A stretch of 64,000 bases of DNA, taken from the IMG/VR virus record IMGVR_UViG_3300032330_001398; one strand, 5' to 3'. Below, piece after piece: positions 39,701-49,451 of this stretch (positions are counted from its first letter, which is position 1; every line of letters starts with the position of its first letter). A model generated the notes under the pieces. It was not told the DNA's origin, did no database searches, and saw nothing but the letters and a program-made list of their open reading frames with translations. A program made the position numbers and the translations under genes. This DNA comes from a virus. Taxonomy: Duplodnaviria > Caudoviricetes.

Positions 39701-41481
39701 CTAAAAATTTCATCAACGATCAAAATAGAATGTCAGCTTATGTTAGATTTGATAACAGTCAATATTTATCTTTTGATGGATTTAATCATGATTCTTTCAC
39801 CCAACAAAGAGTAGAATCTGGAGATTTTATTCCAGATATCACATATGAATTAGATAATACCCGAACAGATGATTTTATATCTCTTCCAAAAAATAAAGAT
39901 GAAGAAGATACACCATTACCGAAAACTGTAGCATTTGTAAAATGCGATGTTGATGACAAACTATATATGCCACCTAAAACTGAAATAAAACGAATAATTG
40001 TGCATGGTAGACAAGTCAAAGATATTGGACAATATTCTAAACCAAATAAAATCTATGACTGCGCAACCAATGATTACAAAAATAGCTTTTCTTACTACAA
40101 AGCTAATTACATACCAATACGGACAACAGGAGAATATCGCTCCAATGTATTATCATTTAAAACAATATTTAATCCATTATTAAATGGTAATATAATAGAT
40201 ACTGAAGAGAAAAATCTTGATACAGATCATGTTTACGCTTTAATAACTTTGCAGTCTAGAGTTTTACCAACAAAAGATGCTAGATTTAGAGATTCTACTT
40301 TTCAACAGGCAAATGCTGACAGATTTAAACATTTATTAGCTTTGGATGTTGTTAAAGGTCTTAACGGTTTTGATGAACCAACATTTGTTGGTAGAGTAAC
40401 CAATGCTATAGATGGCATACCAGTAAACCAACAAGCTTCGGATGCTGCATTGTTAGCTTATAATGCTGCAATGAAAGGTGTAGAATTTACTCTAACACAA
40501 GTAACAAGCGTTAGTCAACCGTCACCAATATATCCAGATTTAGTAGCTCTTCCATTAATGTCGAAAGAAAGATGTTACGGTCCTTGGGTTTCTTCTCAAA
40601 TAGACACGCAAGCTAAAGTATACCAAAATGTTGCTGGAAAAGTTGAATTTATAAAAGACGAAAATTTGGCTCCTTGGAATTACAATGGATATCAACTTAT
40701 GAACGCTGCTGGTATTCTACAAGCAGAATTCTCAAATAGTTTATTATTACAAACTGAGCGCGGAGGCTTTGTTGTACCATCTGCTCCATTCGGAGTAACT
40801 TTAGGAAAAGCTTTGTTAAATTCTGGCCCATTGGTAACAAATATATCAGTAGATGTTTCAGAGAATGGAATCAAAACAACATATAAAATGGATTTGTATA
40901 CTGCAAAATTTGGAAAACTACAAAAACAAAAACAAGACCTTGTTAGTAAAATTAGTAGAGAAAGACAAAAATTACAAGATGAAAGAAATTCTCTAATTCG
41001 TAAAGGTCTTGGAAAAAATGCAACAAGAGTAAATTATCAACAAGTATATAAAGAATTAGGAAATTTACAAAAAATGACTAGCGGTGATGGTCTTAATGAT
41101 ATTTTTAATGGTAATGATCCAAATAATATGATTGTTGGAAATGTTAATCCTCAAACAAATACAGGAATTACCGGATTGTCAGTAGCAGATGGCCCAAATT
41201 CAACCAACGAGTTTACATATACATTATATCCAATAAAAACCTCATTTCAATCACCAAATAATTTGAGCTATATAGCGTCGTTCAAAGCAAATAATATACA
41301 GCTAGCACAAGAAATGTATAATACTGCTGGTCAAGATTTAGCAGATATGTATTCTCCAGCGCTTTTAGATATTGCGCCTCATAAAAATATGCCAAGTTTA
41401 GAAAATAGAAATTCGGATGCAATCGCATCAATTTATTTCGATTTTGACAAAATCAATAACGATGATATAACTATAGGATAG
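36796..41481 (+). CDS. Putative baseplate hub/Tal-like large tail protein
   Basis: 1561 aa; FLGASIRSF...GFG...SQLSVEL N-terminus and VTNISVDVSENGIKTTY C-terminal motif followed by a coiled coil. Confidence 0.5.
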   Translation: MTEVVYNRPAGDHSIQPASGYYGINWPSTSGVIPQSFSMGGWTSGNLGYVQQTFLGASIRSFNLNGGFGDTSSQLSVELINDEFNVSDKKSKGEGDDVYHNGTYDTFAPPPVGSPVFFKFGSNYATVAEAYKKTFDDLYNTSTFSNIQPKVVGNYDKNNFVELQNGQYIDIQNGKILDNSEFLNSKYRGKDHLTFGGILQSYVQNRGPAGNPLYSVQVVDPREILSNAIIVLNNYAGTTHKNPNMFNIYGFLEYDPTETLQSQLESFYPNKNVLTKYVNSSGIYSYSGYDIRGINGVDIFSSSGNYDFTIGGASYNFLQNYPVRMPITGTGFSRRGNQGIPYYRLRQGLNALLGIDGLLPQEYTDAGFGSYINFRGFNYLVDLGGLKKISDYYFFDFDQMNLLDLCLEICDITSSDLFVTLLPIIEHPVSQRFYDYNKTKMKENKPKEIIAGIIRVDAIDRSKQPEYGAIKKYIDSLASSGIFVENQDVGFELSNVTTDKFIVGAQEVDMYYFSGNADRDELEIRKQKAGYSNSADFLVGEQWKLETSLKQQIIPYYGLLGSNGNKAVTIPKGFGAYQQILLDTTGLNANGVGNYYVATEMELRAALVSYTRWKDFLVLYNDLYMESIEDNDALEQSALAQTAAPPAGAPNVVQVKPNISNNYAVTVPRSVFDTDKEVPYGDDDLPSSPCNPPYGYPLYYKRATKIGISEAGLAGLQGSYNTILTNLAALQNASDDDFPILLRSQWTAYTEGTGPNGVQSDEEKQFYDWIKSLIDSGKKKSEVIGLIENTLTGLARSFKILNRLSKKTTENSLRVYNFIKQIADECFGRKFLIRIPNEVNLWYSSNINLENDDININAYSQGPFGFRPRSINYDPNYEYGNVFKQLIRSEREKNGNPSHFITSFLTKLDNVGYSKFKGALHTNWNPIAEKYEFNYEPNKDGGFINFDLYENVSNSKSLGVSQGLIPQDAKNFINDQNRMSAYVRFDNSQYLSFDGFNHDSFTQQRVESGDFIPDITYELDNTRTDDFISLPKNKDEEDTPLPKTVAFVKCDVDDKLYMPPKTEIKRIIVHGRQVKDIGQYSKPNKIYDCATNDYKNSFSYYKANYIPIRTTGEYRSNVLSFKTIFNPLLNGNIIDTEEKNLDTDHVYALITLQSRVLPTKDARFRDSTFQQANADRFKHLLALDVVKGLNGFDEPTFVGRVTNAIDGIPVNQQASDAALLAYNAAMKGVEFTLTQVTSVSQPSPIYPDLVALPLMSKERCYGPWVSSQIDTQAKVYQNVAGKVEFIKDENLAPWNYNGYQLMNAAGILQAEFSNSLLLQTERGGFVVPSAPFGVTLGKALLNSGPLVTNISVDVSENGIKTTYKMDLYTAKFGKLQKQKQDLVSKISRERQKLQDERNSLIRKGLGKNATRVNYQQVYKELGNLQKMTSGDGLNDIFNGNDPNNMIVGNVNPQTNTGITGLSVADGPNSTNEFTYTLYPIKTSFQSPNNLSYIASFKANNIQLAQEMYNTAGQDLADMYSPALLDIAPHKNMPSLENRNSDAIASIYFDFDKINNDDITIG

Positions 41482-41493
41482 GAGTTTTATTTT

Positions 41494-44400
41494 ATGTTCC
41501 AAGGAAATTTGGGTGACAATAGTAGAAAGCACCATACTTTTACAACTATTAATTCTGACTTTGAAGCTGCTAGCTTAAATCAATTTACGTTGAGTTATCT
41601 CTACTATTTTTGTAAAGGAAATCATTCTGAAATTAAAAAGCTAAATCTAATTACTTCTACGATTAAAACTTTTTTGTTATCCGCAAAAGAAAGAGATGAA
41701 GATGCTTTTATATCCTCATTTTTTAGTAATATAGACTCAGCATATTATTACAAATTTGACAAAACAGTAGGACGATTTATAAAAACAGCTTTTGAAGTAA
41801 GTAAAATACTTAGTACTATAACTGAATTTGAGAAAATCAAAACACAAAAAAACTATAAGAATAATTCTATTCTACAAACTGTTCGTAATATACAATTAAG
41901 TAGCGATGGATATCTTCTTCTTAAATCTAATATAAGTATTACCGTTGGTGAAACTCAAATTCCAATTGAATTCAAATTATATTTCAAAGATAATATTGAT
42001 ACTTTTACAGGCGCTAGGAAGATGGTTTCAAATACATCTAATAAATTTTCTGGCATTCCAACAAGAACAACCGGAGGCGTGTGGGGAGCTAGTAGTACAA
42101 ATAATATTGAAAACAAACAAGAAAATATTGGGGTTTATGCTTCTCCATCATCTCCTAATAGTCCTATAGAACAAAAAGTTGGAGAATTGGCGATGAGTTG
42201 GAATTCAAATACTGGAAAATGGGAAGCTGGAACCCAGCAGATAATGGCAAAATTACTTACCAATATAGACAAAGCACCCATTAAAAATGTTTCTATTCAA
42301 CCAACAGATACTGCTAATGGGAAAAGATTCTATGATCAATCCAGTGATTATTACATGGGGGCATTTACAACGGGTTTAGCAATTCCTCTTTCTGTTGAAA
42401 AAGGTAATCCTTATTTATTTGGACCTAACTGTTTACAATGTACTGGCGGTGAACAAAAAATAGAGAAAATAAGAGTAGTAAATCGTGCCCCAAGATCATT
42501 TAAGAAAGGTGCTACTGTATTATGTTCTCGCATTGATGGAGAATGGATTATTCAAGATTTTGGATTTAATCCAGACGATGTTGCCCCATTAACATCAATT
42601 GGGGAATGGTCGTTCATTAAATTGATAGCAAACTCTGATGATTATTTCAAAGATAATAGATATGTTGTAGCTAATGGCAGAGACGTAACAATTGATCAAA
42701 CACTAAAACAAAATATATCACCAAATAGTTATGAAACAAAAACAAGAAATAGATTTTATGCACATTTGTCAGCAATTGCTGGTGGAGATATTGTTCCCCC
42801 AATAACTGATGCTGAAATGTTATCAGATATAAAGAGTATTTATCCTAATATCTTAAGCCAAGTTGGTTTACAAAAAACTATTAGATATAATGGTTTTCCA
42901 AGTATTTCTGGAAAATTAATAGATTCTAAACCAGATTTATATTCGATAAAAACCGATGCATATAATTTTGAACCGAATACAAAATATTTTATTTCTACAG
43001 TATTTGACCAATTAGGTCCACAAATGGGTGGAAATTCTCCAGAAAATTTTATAGCTAGAACAAATATATCTAATACAACAGCGGTTGTTGATAATAGGAG
43101 AAATGCTATTCCTTTCTCATTTTTTTGGGGACCAGTATTTCCAGATGGATATAAAAATGAAGATGTTACCAGAGTATCTTTATATAGCGATAGATTGGAA
43201 GATGAATTAAGATTTGTTACCAATAATCAATCTTATTTTACAGGTGGAAATAATGTTAATCCATTTTCTATTAACAGCGCATTCTTAACAAACTATGATT
43301 TATATTCTAATGACACAGTAAACGCAAAAGAAATACCAGCAGAAGTTGGCGTATTAAGTTCTGGAAACGGCATAGAAGATATTACCCAAATTATGAAATA
43401 TAGTTCCAATAAAAATTTTATTGAACATACTAGAGGTATTTTAAATTCTAATAGATTTGCATATTTATTAGATTCTGAGAATGCAGAAGTATATGATATG
43501 CAACCAATATCGCCTAATAAAATTCAATTTACACCCTTACACGCTGAATTCGCAGCACACGCAGATCAATACTCAATATACACAACTACTTATTCAAAAT
43601 CTTGGGACAGAGATTTTTTTAACAATACTAGAAGCTTACTGAAAACAACGTATGCTAACATACCACATTTTTGGGGAAAAATGTTTAGTAGATTCGTGGG
43701 GCCGGTGAGTTACTATAAAAATCCTTCATTTCCACAAACCCAAAAAGATGGATTAGATGATCCTAGTTTTATTTATGACCAAAGTAAAAATGGTATAATT
43801 CATGAATTTGATAATGTTCCATATGACTATTATATCAACTCAACTCCAACAAGCAAACCGAAAGGAATAACGCGATTATTTCATGATAATAATTCTGATT
43901 TTCAAGGAGCAAATTTAGTTGGAGTTATTGCTGCTAAAAATAAATTCACAAAAAATGGTGGAGGTAAAATAAATTATAGTGTTGAACAATTTTTTGGTCT
44001 AAGGGGAGACGTTTCCAATGCTACAACTGGATCAGATTCTATACAGTACAATAATATCGGTTTAGGTATTCTCGCTGTAGTAAACGCTTTAACTGGACAA
44101 ACCCCACTTAGTAGAGATAAAGCAGGATTTGCAACTTGGGGTTCGGATAATTCTGATAAATATGATAGTTTTGGAACAACAGCATTACACGTTAGAGTTT
44201 TTGACGCTTGGCCAAATGAGCAAACAATATATGATGCTAGATATTATGCAATATTACATTTTAATCCCGGCACAATATTAAGCATTCCAGAAAGTGAAAC
44301 AGTTGGAGATAATGTAGATACATTAACAACAAAGTTTGGTAAACAATACTCTGAATGGGATACTAATGGTAGTTCTAATTATAGAAAAGTGTCACCAGCA

Positions 44401-45198
44401 ACTTTTAATTATTCAAGATCGGTTGATAAAATCAAATACGATGTTGATTTTAGAATACCAACCTATGCTTGGCCTCTAACTGATGGAGATGATAATAAAG
44501 TAATTCCAGTATATACAAATATAGATAAAGATACATTACTCAGACCAAAAGAAGAATGGAGAGTTAATCCTATACGTAGAGGACAATTATTAACCGGTGG
44601 TGGTTTTAGATATTTACAAAATGTTATTGGATTATCATACGAAGATCATAAAATAGCTAGTGGCGGTAAAGGGTTTGTAAAAGATAAAAAATACACTATA
44701 TCTAATAGCAATAGTGATATTGTTATTGTGGTTACTGATATTGGAAATGATGGCTCAATAAAAGAATTTGAGTTTGTAATAGACGAAGATAATAATGAGC
44801 TACGAGGAACAGGATTTCTACCATCGGATTTTGCTTCCGAATCGACTATAAATGATGTCAAATATACTGGATTTTTATTAACTATTCCAAATAGTAGCGG
44901 AGAAGAAGCTGAAATTGTTTTCCCAATGGGTAGAGTATATCAATTACTATTGAGAGACGATGGACCAAAAGAAAGAACCGCTAGTAAAGCGCCAATATTA
45001 TTAACATCACCAAGTGAAGATGGTAGAGCGGTAGTAGAAGGTACTCAAACATCAAGTGTTGATATTGAAGCTAATTCTGATGGACAATATGATGCATTTT
45101 ATTTCTTTCATAATGATATAACCCACACACCAACCATATATCGTAATGACACATATAGCGTTGGCATTGAGCAATATATCACAGTAACAATTACGTAA
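41494..45198 (+). CDS. Large hypothetical tail protein
   Basis: 1234-aa ORF in tail module; VVNR...GATVLCSRIDGEW OB-like segment. Confidence 0.6.
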   Translation: MFQGNLGDNSRKHHTFTTINSDFEAASLNQFTLSYLYYFCKGNHSEIKKLNLITSTIKTFLLSAKERDEDAFISSFFSNIDSAYYYKFDKTVGRFIKTAFEVSKILSTITEFEKIKTQKNYKNNSILQTVRNIQLSSDGYLLLKSNISITVGETQIPIEFKLYFKDNIDTFTGARKMVSNTSNKFSGIPTRTTGGVWGASSTNNIENKQENIGVYASPSSPNSPIEQKVGELAMSWNSNTGKWEAGTQQIMAKLLTNIDKAPIKNVSIQPTDTANGKRFYDQSSDYYMGAFTTGLAIPLSVEKGNPYLFGPNCLQCTGGEQKIEKIRVVNRAPRSFKKGATVLCSRIDGEWIIQDFGFNPDDVAPLTSIGEWSFIKLIANSDDYFKDNRYVVANGRDVTIDQTLKQNISPNSYETKTRNRFYAHLSAIAGGDIVPPITDAEMLSDIKSIYPNILSQVGLQKTIRYNGFPSISGKLIDSKPDLYSIKTDAYNFEPNTKYFISTVFDQLGPQMGGNSPENFIARTNISNTTAVVDNRRNAIPFSFFWGPVFPDGYKNEDVTRVSLYSDRLEDELRFVTNNQSYFTGGNNVNPFSINSAFLTNYDLYSNDTVNAKEIPAEVGVLSSGNGIEDITQIMKYSSNKNFIEHTRGILNSNRFAYLLDSENAEVYDMQPISPNKIQFTPLHAEFAAHADQYSIYTTTYSKSWDRDFFNNTRSLLKTTYANIPHFWGKMFSRFVGPVSYYKNPSFPQTQKDGLDDPSFIYDQSKNGIIHEFDNVPYDYYINSTPTSKPKGITRLFHDNNSDFQGANLVGVIAAKNKFTKNGGGKINYSVEQFFGLRGDVSNATTGSDSIQYNNIGLGILAVVNALTGQTPLSRDKAGFATWGSDNSDKYDSFGTTALHVRVFDAWPNEQTIYDARYYAILHFNPGTILSIPESETVGDNVDTLTTKFGKQYSEWDTNGSSNYRKVSPATFNYSRSVDKIKYDVDFRIPTYAWPLTDGDDNKVIPVYTNIDKDTLLRPKEEWRVNPIRRGQLLTGGGFRYLQNVIGLSYEDHKIASGGKGFVKDKKYTISNSNSDIVIVVTDIGNDGSIKEFEFVIDEDNNELRGTGFLPSDFASESTINDVKYTGFLLTIPNSSGEEAEIVFPMGRVYQLLLRDDGPKERTASKAPILLTSPSEDGRAVVEGTQTSSVDIEANSDGQYDAFYFFHNDITHTPTIYRNDTYSVGIEQYITVTIT

Positions 45199-45203
45199 TT
45201 TTC

Positions 45204-45220
45204 GTGTATTACTATATAGA
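45204..45220 (+). promoter_or_regulatory. Putative late-promoter motif GTGTAT-N7-TAGA
   Basis: gtgtat tactata taga, intergenic. Confidence 0.6.
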
Positions 45221-45245
45221 TTCCACAATATAGGGAGATTTTAAT

Positions 45246-45968
45246 ATGGCAGATATTAAATTTTATGGCAATATTTTTGGCGAACAGGGCGACGGCCAAT
45301 TAATAAATCACGGCGCTGGTTCCGGTATTGGATTTTATGGCAATGATCATGGGATTTCAGTTCCGGTAGGTTCTCAGCAAAGTACAACCTTCATAACCGA
45401 TGCTTTGGGAGCCAATAGAGGTCCAAGATTAAATAATACAGCAATGAATACTATTGGCGCTGGAGCAACAAAAGGCAAAGTTAGCGTCAATGGAACAACA
45501 GCTATTGATTTAGATAAATTGCCAAACTATTTATGTCCTCTTAATATTAGATTTACACATACTGATGCTGTTAAAGTTCAGAATTGTAAATTACGTATAT
45601 TTGATCGTGATAATATCGAAAAACACGCTAGCGGTGTTACTACCTATGTATATGAAGCTCGTCATCCTTCATCAGAAAATGTTACCAGCTTATCTCAAAG
45701 GGGTAGAGACTATTATACTTGGATGGAATTTGAATCGGACCCATTAATAGCAATAGAACAAATGGATCTTACACCATCTCCGGGTATGAGTGGTAAAAAT
45801 ACCACAACGGGAGATTCAGCTAGTCCATCGCTTGGTTGGATTACAACAGATGGTCCAGCACACGCATCTGTAAGACACGATTGGTATTTAGCTTTAAGTT
45901 CAGAGCCGGTTAGCATTGGAAGTAAAACTCAATACGGTCTATATTTCACCGCTGAATATGTAAGCTAA
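45246..45968 (+). CDS. Hypothetical virion structural protein
   Basis: 240 aa beta-rich, SD ggag, own promoter motif. Confidence 0.65.
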   Translation: MADIKFYGNIFGEQGDGQLINHGAGSGIGFYGNDHGISVPVGSQQSTTFITDALGANRGPRLNNTAMNTIGAGATKGKVSVNGTTAIDLDKLPNYLCPLNIRFTHTDAVKVQNCKLRIFDRDNIEKHASGVTTYVYEARHPSSENVTSLSQRGRDYYTWMEFESDPLIAIEQMDLTPSPGMSGKNTTTGDSASPSLGWITTDGPAHASVRHDWYLALSSEPVSIGSKTQYGLYFTAEYVS

Positions 45969-46035
45969 TATGATAATTGAAATTTCGTTGTTTATTAGCC
46001 AAAAAAGAGAGCTTGTTTTGATTAAATAAGAGTTA

Positions 46036-46068
46036 GGGGGTGGTTTTAGCCACCCCCATATCTTTTTC
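46036..46068. terminator. Bidirectional intrinsic terminator between convergent blocks
   Basis: gggggtgg-ttttag-ccaccccc stem-loop (46036-46057) with T-rich tails on both strands. Confidence 0.8.
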
Positions 46069-46091
46069 ATTTACAGGTCAAGCAAGATGCC

Positions 46092-46370
46092 TTAATAGTT
46101 GAAATTGAACCATCTGCACCTGTGTCCATAACCATGAACTACTGGTTGATAAGGATATCCCCAATATACTGTTGGGTAGACCACTACAGGAGCAACCTGT
46201 ACTGGCACAGGAACCGTAACAGTAAATGCTGGAGCATAATAAACCATAATTTGAACTGGTTGGGGTTGCACAATAACTGGCTGGGTTTGTACCGATACTG
46301 GCACAAGAGTTTCATAACCATAGCTAGTTGTTGCATACAATCCAACCAATAATGCCAAAATATACTTCAT
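46092..46370 (-). CDS. Small secreted/membrane Pro-Val-Tyr-rich protein
   Basis: MKYILALLVGLYATTSYG signal-peptide-like N-terminus; SD aggag. Confidence 0.7.
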   Translation of the reverse strand: MKYILALLVGLYATTSYGYETLVPVSVQTQPVIVQPQPVQIMVYYAPAFTVTVPVPVQVAPVVVYPTVYWGYPYQPVVHGYGHRCRWFNFNY

Positions 46371-46382
46371 AATATCTCCTTA

Positions 46383-46718
46383 TTATTCTGCCTGTTCAGT
46401 CTTAGGATTCCACTTTACCCATCCACCGTCTGGTAGCCACTTGTTATCGTTATCCTTACGCTTTGGGAATAACCCGCCACCTTTCTTATGAACGCCAAAA
46501 GCTAGTCTGGCACTACATTTTGTGCAGCGAAGTTCATAATACTGATTGTCATCAACTGTGCGAACCACAAATTTAACATCATCAGAACCACATTTACCAC
46601 AAACAGTTTCCTCAAATACTTCTTGGAAACGACTTAGTTCAGTAAATAAGTCCTTCTGTGATTCTCCTTCGATCTCCGCACTAATTCTACCATTCTTTGT
46701 TGTATATGTAATTTTCAT
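46383..46718 (-). CDS. Zn-ribbon hypothetical protein
   Basis: CGKC...CTKC; coupled to the SSAP-like gene. Confidence 0.7.
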   Translation of the reverse strand: MKITYTTKNGRISAEIEGESQKDLFTELSRFQEVFEETVCGKCGSDDVKFVVRTVDDNQYYELRCTKCSARLAFGVHKKGGGLFPKRKDNDNKWLPDGGWVKWNPKTEQAE

Positions 46719-47479
46719 AGATCACGCCACCCTTCTTGATAACCTGTTATAGATGCTGGAATTGAATTTTTGTCCCGCTGGTAATCATTGAGCTTATCAA
46801 TAATATCACTAGCGACTTTCTTAGAAACCTTTTTGCCACTATCCACGTTAAATTCTTTGAATAGTTTCTTTCCATCAATATTGAGTTGCTTACACTTTAC
46901 ATCCATAAAGTTGTATTGTGCATCACTCATACGACTTTGTTCATTGTAATCACCGTCACTACTAGCCTTAGTGTTAGAGATTTCTCTAACAATCTTAGCA
47001 GTATCCTTCTTTGTTAGTTCTTCGGCAGCAACACCCTTAATCTTTAAAGCCTTTCGCAAAGCTCTAGCTTCTGCTCTTGTGCTAGCGATAGCAACAGCGT
47101 ATGCACAAAACATATCATCAGTGTTACCCTCCCAAGAGTCAGCAACTTCCGCATATCTCATACCATTAGCAAATTCTACTGAAAATATAACAGTAGCTCG
47201 ACCATGATGATCATCACGTTGAACTGGAAAAACTTGTGTTGGCCCACTAAAAACAATTGGACCTAGCACAAGTTCTGAAACACGCCTTAGACCAGCAACT
47301 AGAGGATGACCATCTATCAATTCTGATGGATCAAATAGTTTCATAGCATAATCATGCCATTCTGGAGATAGCATGGATGGTATTTCTGATCCTACCAAGT
47401 TCTTAACTGACGTATCAGTATTTGATGCTGTTTGTAACTCAACGCCAACGAACAAATCTTCATCTTGTGTGGTATTCAT
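46715..47479 (-). CDS. Putative Rad52/Sak-like single-strand annealing protein
   Basis: A.A.ASTRAEARALRKAL motif; C-terminal MSDAQ...ASDII helical domain. Confidence 0.5.
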   Translation of the reverse strand: MNTTQDEDLFVGVELQTASNTDTSVKNLVGSEIPSMLSPEWHDYAMKLFDPSELIDGHPLVAGLRRVSELVLGPIVFSGPTQVFPVQRDDHHGRATVIFSVEFANGMRYAEVADSWEGNTDDMFCAYAVAIASTRAEARALRKALKIKGVAAEELTKKDTAKIVREISNTKASSDGDYNEQSRMSDAQYNFMDVKCKQLNIDGKKLFKEFNVDSGKKVSKKVASDIIDKLNDYQRDKNSIPASITGYQEGWRDL

Positions 47480-48243
47480 ATTTCTATCTCAATGTACCTT
47501 TCTGATTTACTTGGAAACGACTTCTCTATTTTACTCAACTGCTTGAGAATGTCAAGCTTCAATTTCTCTTTACTTGCTAAACATACAGAATCCGATAAGT
47601 TCTTAACCCTAATAATGACCATGCCTTTATTTAAAATTAAGCCTGTCTTATGAAAGTCTGCTTTGATTTGTTTTTGCAGTTTCTCTTCTCCCCAGATTGG
47701 AAGAAAATGGGATGGTCCGTCTATCTCTATTATAGTCTTGAGGGCTGGCAAGTACATGTCGATTTCTAGATTTTCATTGACTATCAAGCCCTTTTTATGA
47801 TATTCTATCCTATAACCAGCATTACCCAATTCTGTTTGTAAAAATTTCTCTAATTTAGAACCCTCTTTCCCAGCTAATTGAATAGCTTTAATCGCTGCTG
47901 ATTGCATATTATCTTTTTCAACTTCTGTCATATTTGACCATCTAAATTTTGCTTGTTTAATGCGTGATTCATAAAGTTCTTCACTCATATTTTTCCAATA
48001 TTTTTGAAGACCAGAACTGATTTTTAATTTTTCAATATCACTTCTTTTTTTACCACTAGTTGGATGAATAGCAGTGCCTTGCTCAATAGCATTCTTTTGA
48101 GCTTCACTTTTTGTTTTTAAAGCAACACCGTTCTTGATGAGAATACGCCTTATCTTATTTGGATAAGTCTTGCATTCTTCTGCAATTTCATATGTGCTTT
48201 TATGATGATCTACATACATTTTCACGATTTTTAAATCGTCCAT
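47476..48243 (-). CDS. Vsr/DUF559-like endonuclease with HTH and NUMOD3-like segments (putative homing endonuclease)
   Basis: SKLE...EIDMYLP...IIEIDGPSH...D..K; GKKRSD.EKLKIS. Confidence 0.7.
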   Translation of the reverse strand: MDDLKIVKMYVDHHKSTYEIAEECKTYPNKIRRILIKNGVALKTKSEAQKNAIEQGTAIHPTSGKKRSDIEKLKISSGLQKYWKNMSEELYESRIKQAKFRWSNMTEVEKDNMQSAAIKAIQLAGKEGSKLEKFLQTELGNAGYRIEYHKKGLIVNENLEIDMYLPALKTIIEIDGPSHFLPIWGEEKLQKQIKADFHKTGLILNKGMVIIRVKNLSDSVCLASKEKLKLDILKQLSKIEKSFPSKSERYIEIEI

Positions 48244-48685
48244 CGCTATTCTCCACTATAATATTAACCATGTTGTTGAAATTATCAGAAATTCCTAACG
48301 CTTTCTGTCCTGTTATTCTGTATAAATTTTTCTCATCATTTTTATTTCTACATATCACTTTAACATTATTTTTAAGTAGCTCTATTAATCTTAGAGTATT
48401 TTTGGAGCTTTCCCAGTTGTAATAATAGTATAGGTCTATGTTATTAACAATTTTGGTAGCCATAAATGCGTTATCCAAAGTCATTGTTATTAAACACCCA
48501 TCAAAATTCCATAAATCTGTAGAATTAAAAAGACCACACTTAATATCAAAAGGAATATGAGATATTCCATCAAAAAATATACTAGCATCATCCACCATTG
48601 AGCCAACGGAAGTATTTATAATGTTAGAGACATACTTTAACTGTTCGGTATTTCCCAAGCTATCTACATAAATTCCTAAATTCAT
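48200..48685 (-). CDS. Hypothetical protein, possible GT-B half-domain
   Basis: Start moved to ATG 48685 (MNLGIY); YYYNWE...VICR resembles a GT-B N-terminal lobe. Confidence 0.45.
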   Translation of the reverse strand: MNLGIYVDSLGNTEQLKYVSNIINTSVGSMVDDASIFFDGISHIPFDIKCGLFNSTDLWNFDGCLITMTLDNAFMATKIVNNIDLYYYYNWESSKNTLRLIELLKNNVKVICRNKNDEKNLYRITGQKALGISDNFNNMVNIIVENSDGRFKNRENVCRSS

Positions 48686-48686
48686 T

Positions 48687-49451
48687 CTATTTACCCTCTT
48701 CTGATTCTTCGGCAATTATTTTATAGCCATTATTTCTAATAAAATTCCAATACTTATTCATTCCCATATTAGCTTCTCCGCTCCAAGATATAGCATTTTT
48801 ATCTTCACCATATTGAGATGCTGTGTCTGGCATAGACCCCCACAAGGATTTATCATCAATAGGATGCTTGGGAATATATGTAAATAAACCAAAATGTTTT
48901 TGTGCAACATATGATAGATGCATATCTTCTCCATAATTCATTGGAACATTTAGTGGCATTTCAGCCCAAAATGCTCTAAGAATAGGTTTGGCGAAAAACC
49001 AAGAATGACAACCCATATCTACTCTTGTTGTTTCTTCATTTGGATTACACCACCCAACAGCCTTATAACTTTGTGGTGCTGGATACATTCTATCATGTTG
49101 CTTGTCAGCTATTACGCCTCTAGTTGAAAGAATCCCATCTTTCTCATTGATGGTATTGACACAATTCTCTAGCCACCTATCTCCCGGTATAGTATCATCA
49201 TCAATTATACAAATATGGTCCGTTCTAGCATTTAAAGCTAGCGAGAATCTTCCCCATACCCCATAATTACCATTTGAAACAATCGATTCACAGTTATTAA
49301 CAACTTCTTGTGGAAATTTATTGAGATCCTCCACAATATTTATCCACAACATTATTGATTGAGGTCTAAAAGTTTGTCTTAGAATAGCATCATACTGAGA
49401 TTGTAAAGTGTATGGTCTTTTATATCCACTTAGTATAACTGTTACTGACAT
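48687..49451 (-). CDS. GT-A glycosyltransferase (GT2-like)
   Basis: VILSGYKR, ICIIDDD, GEDMHLS motifs. Confidence 0.8.
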   Translation of the reverse strand: MSVTVILSGYKRPYTLQSQYDAILRQTFRPQSIMLWINIVEDLNKFPQEVVNNCESIVSNGNYGVWGRFSLALNARTDHICIIDDDTIPGDRWLENCVNTINEKDGILSTRGVIADKQHDRMYPAPQSYKAVGWCNPNEETTRVDMGCHSWFFAKPILRAFWAEMPLNVPMNYGEDMHLSYVAQKHFGLFTYIPKHPIDDKSLWGSMPDTASQYGEDKNAISWSGEANMGMNKYWNFIRNNGYKIIAEESEEGK

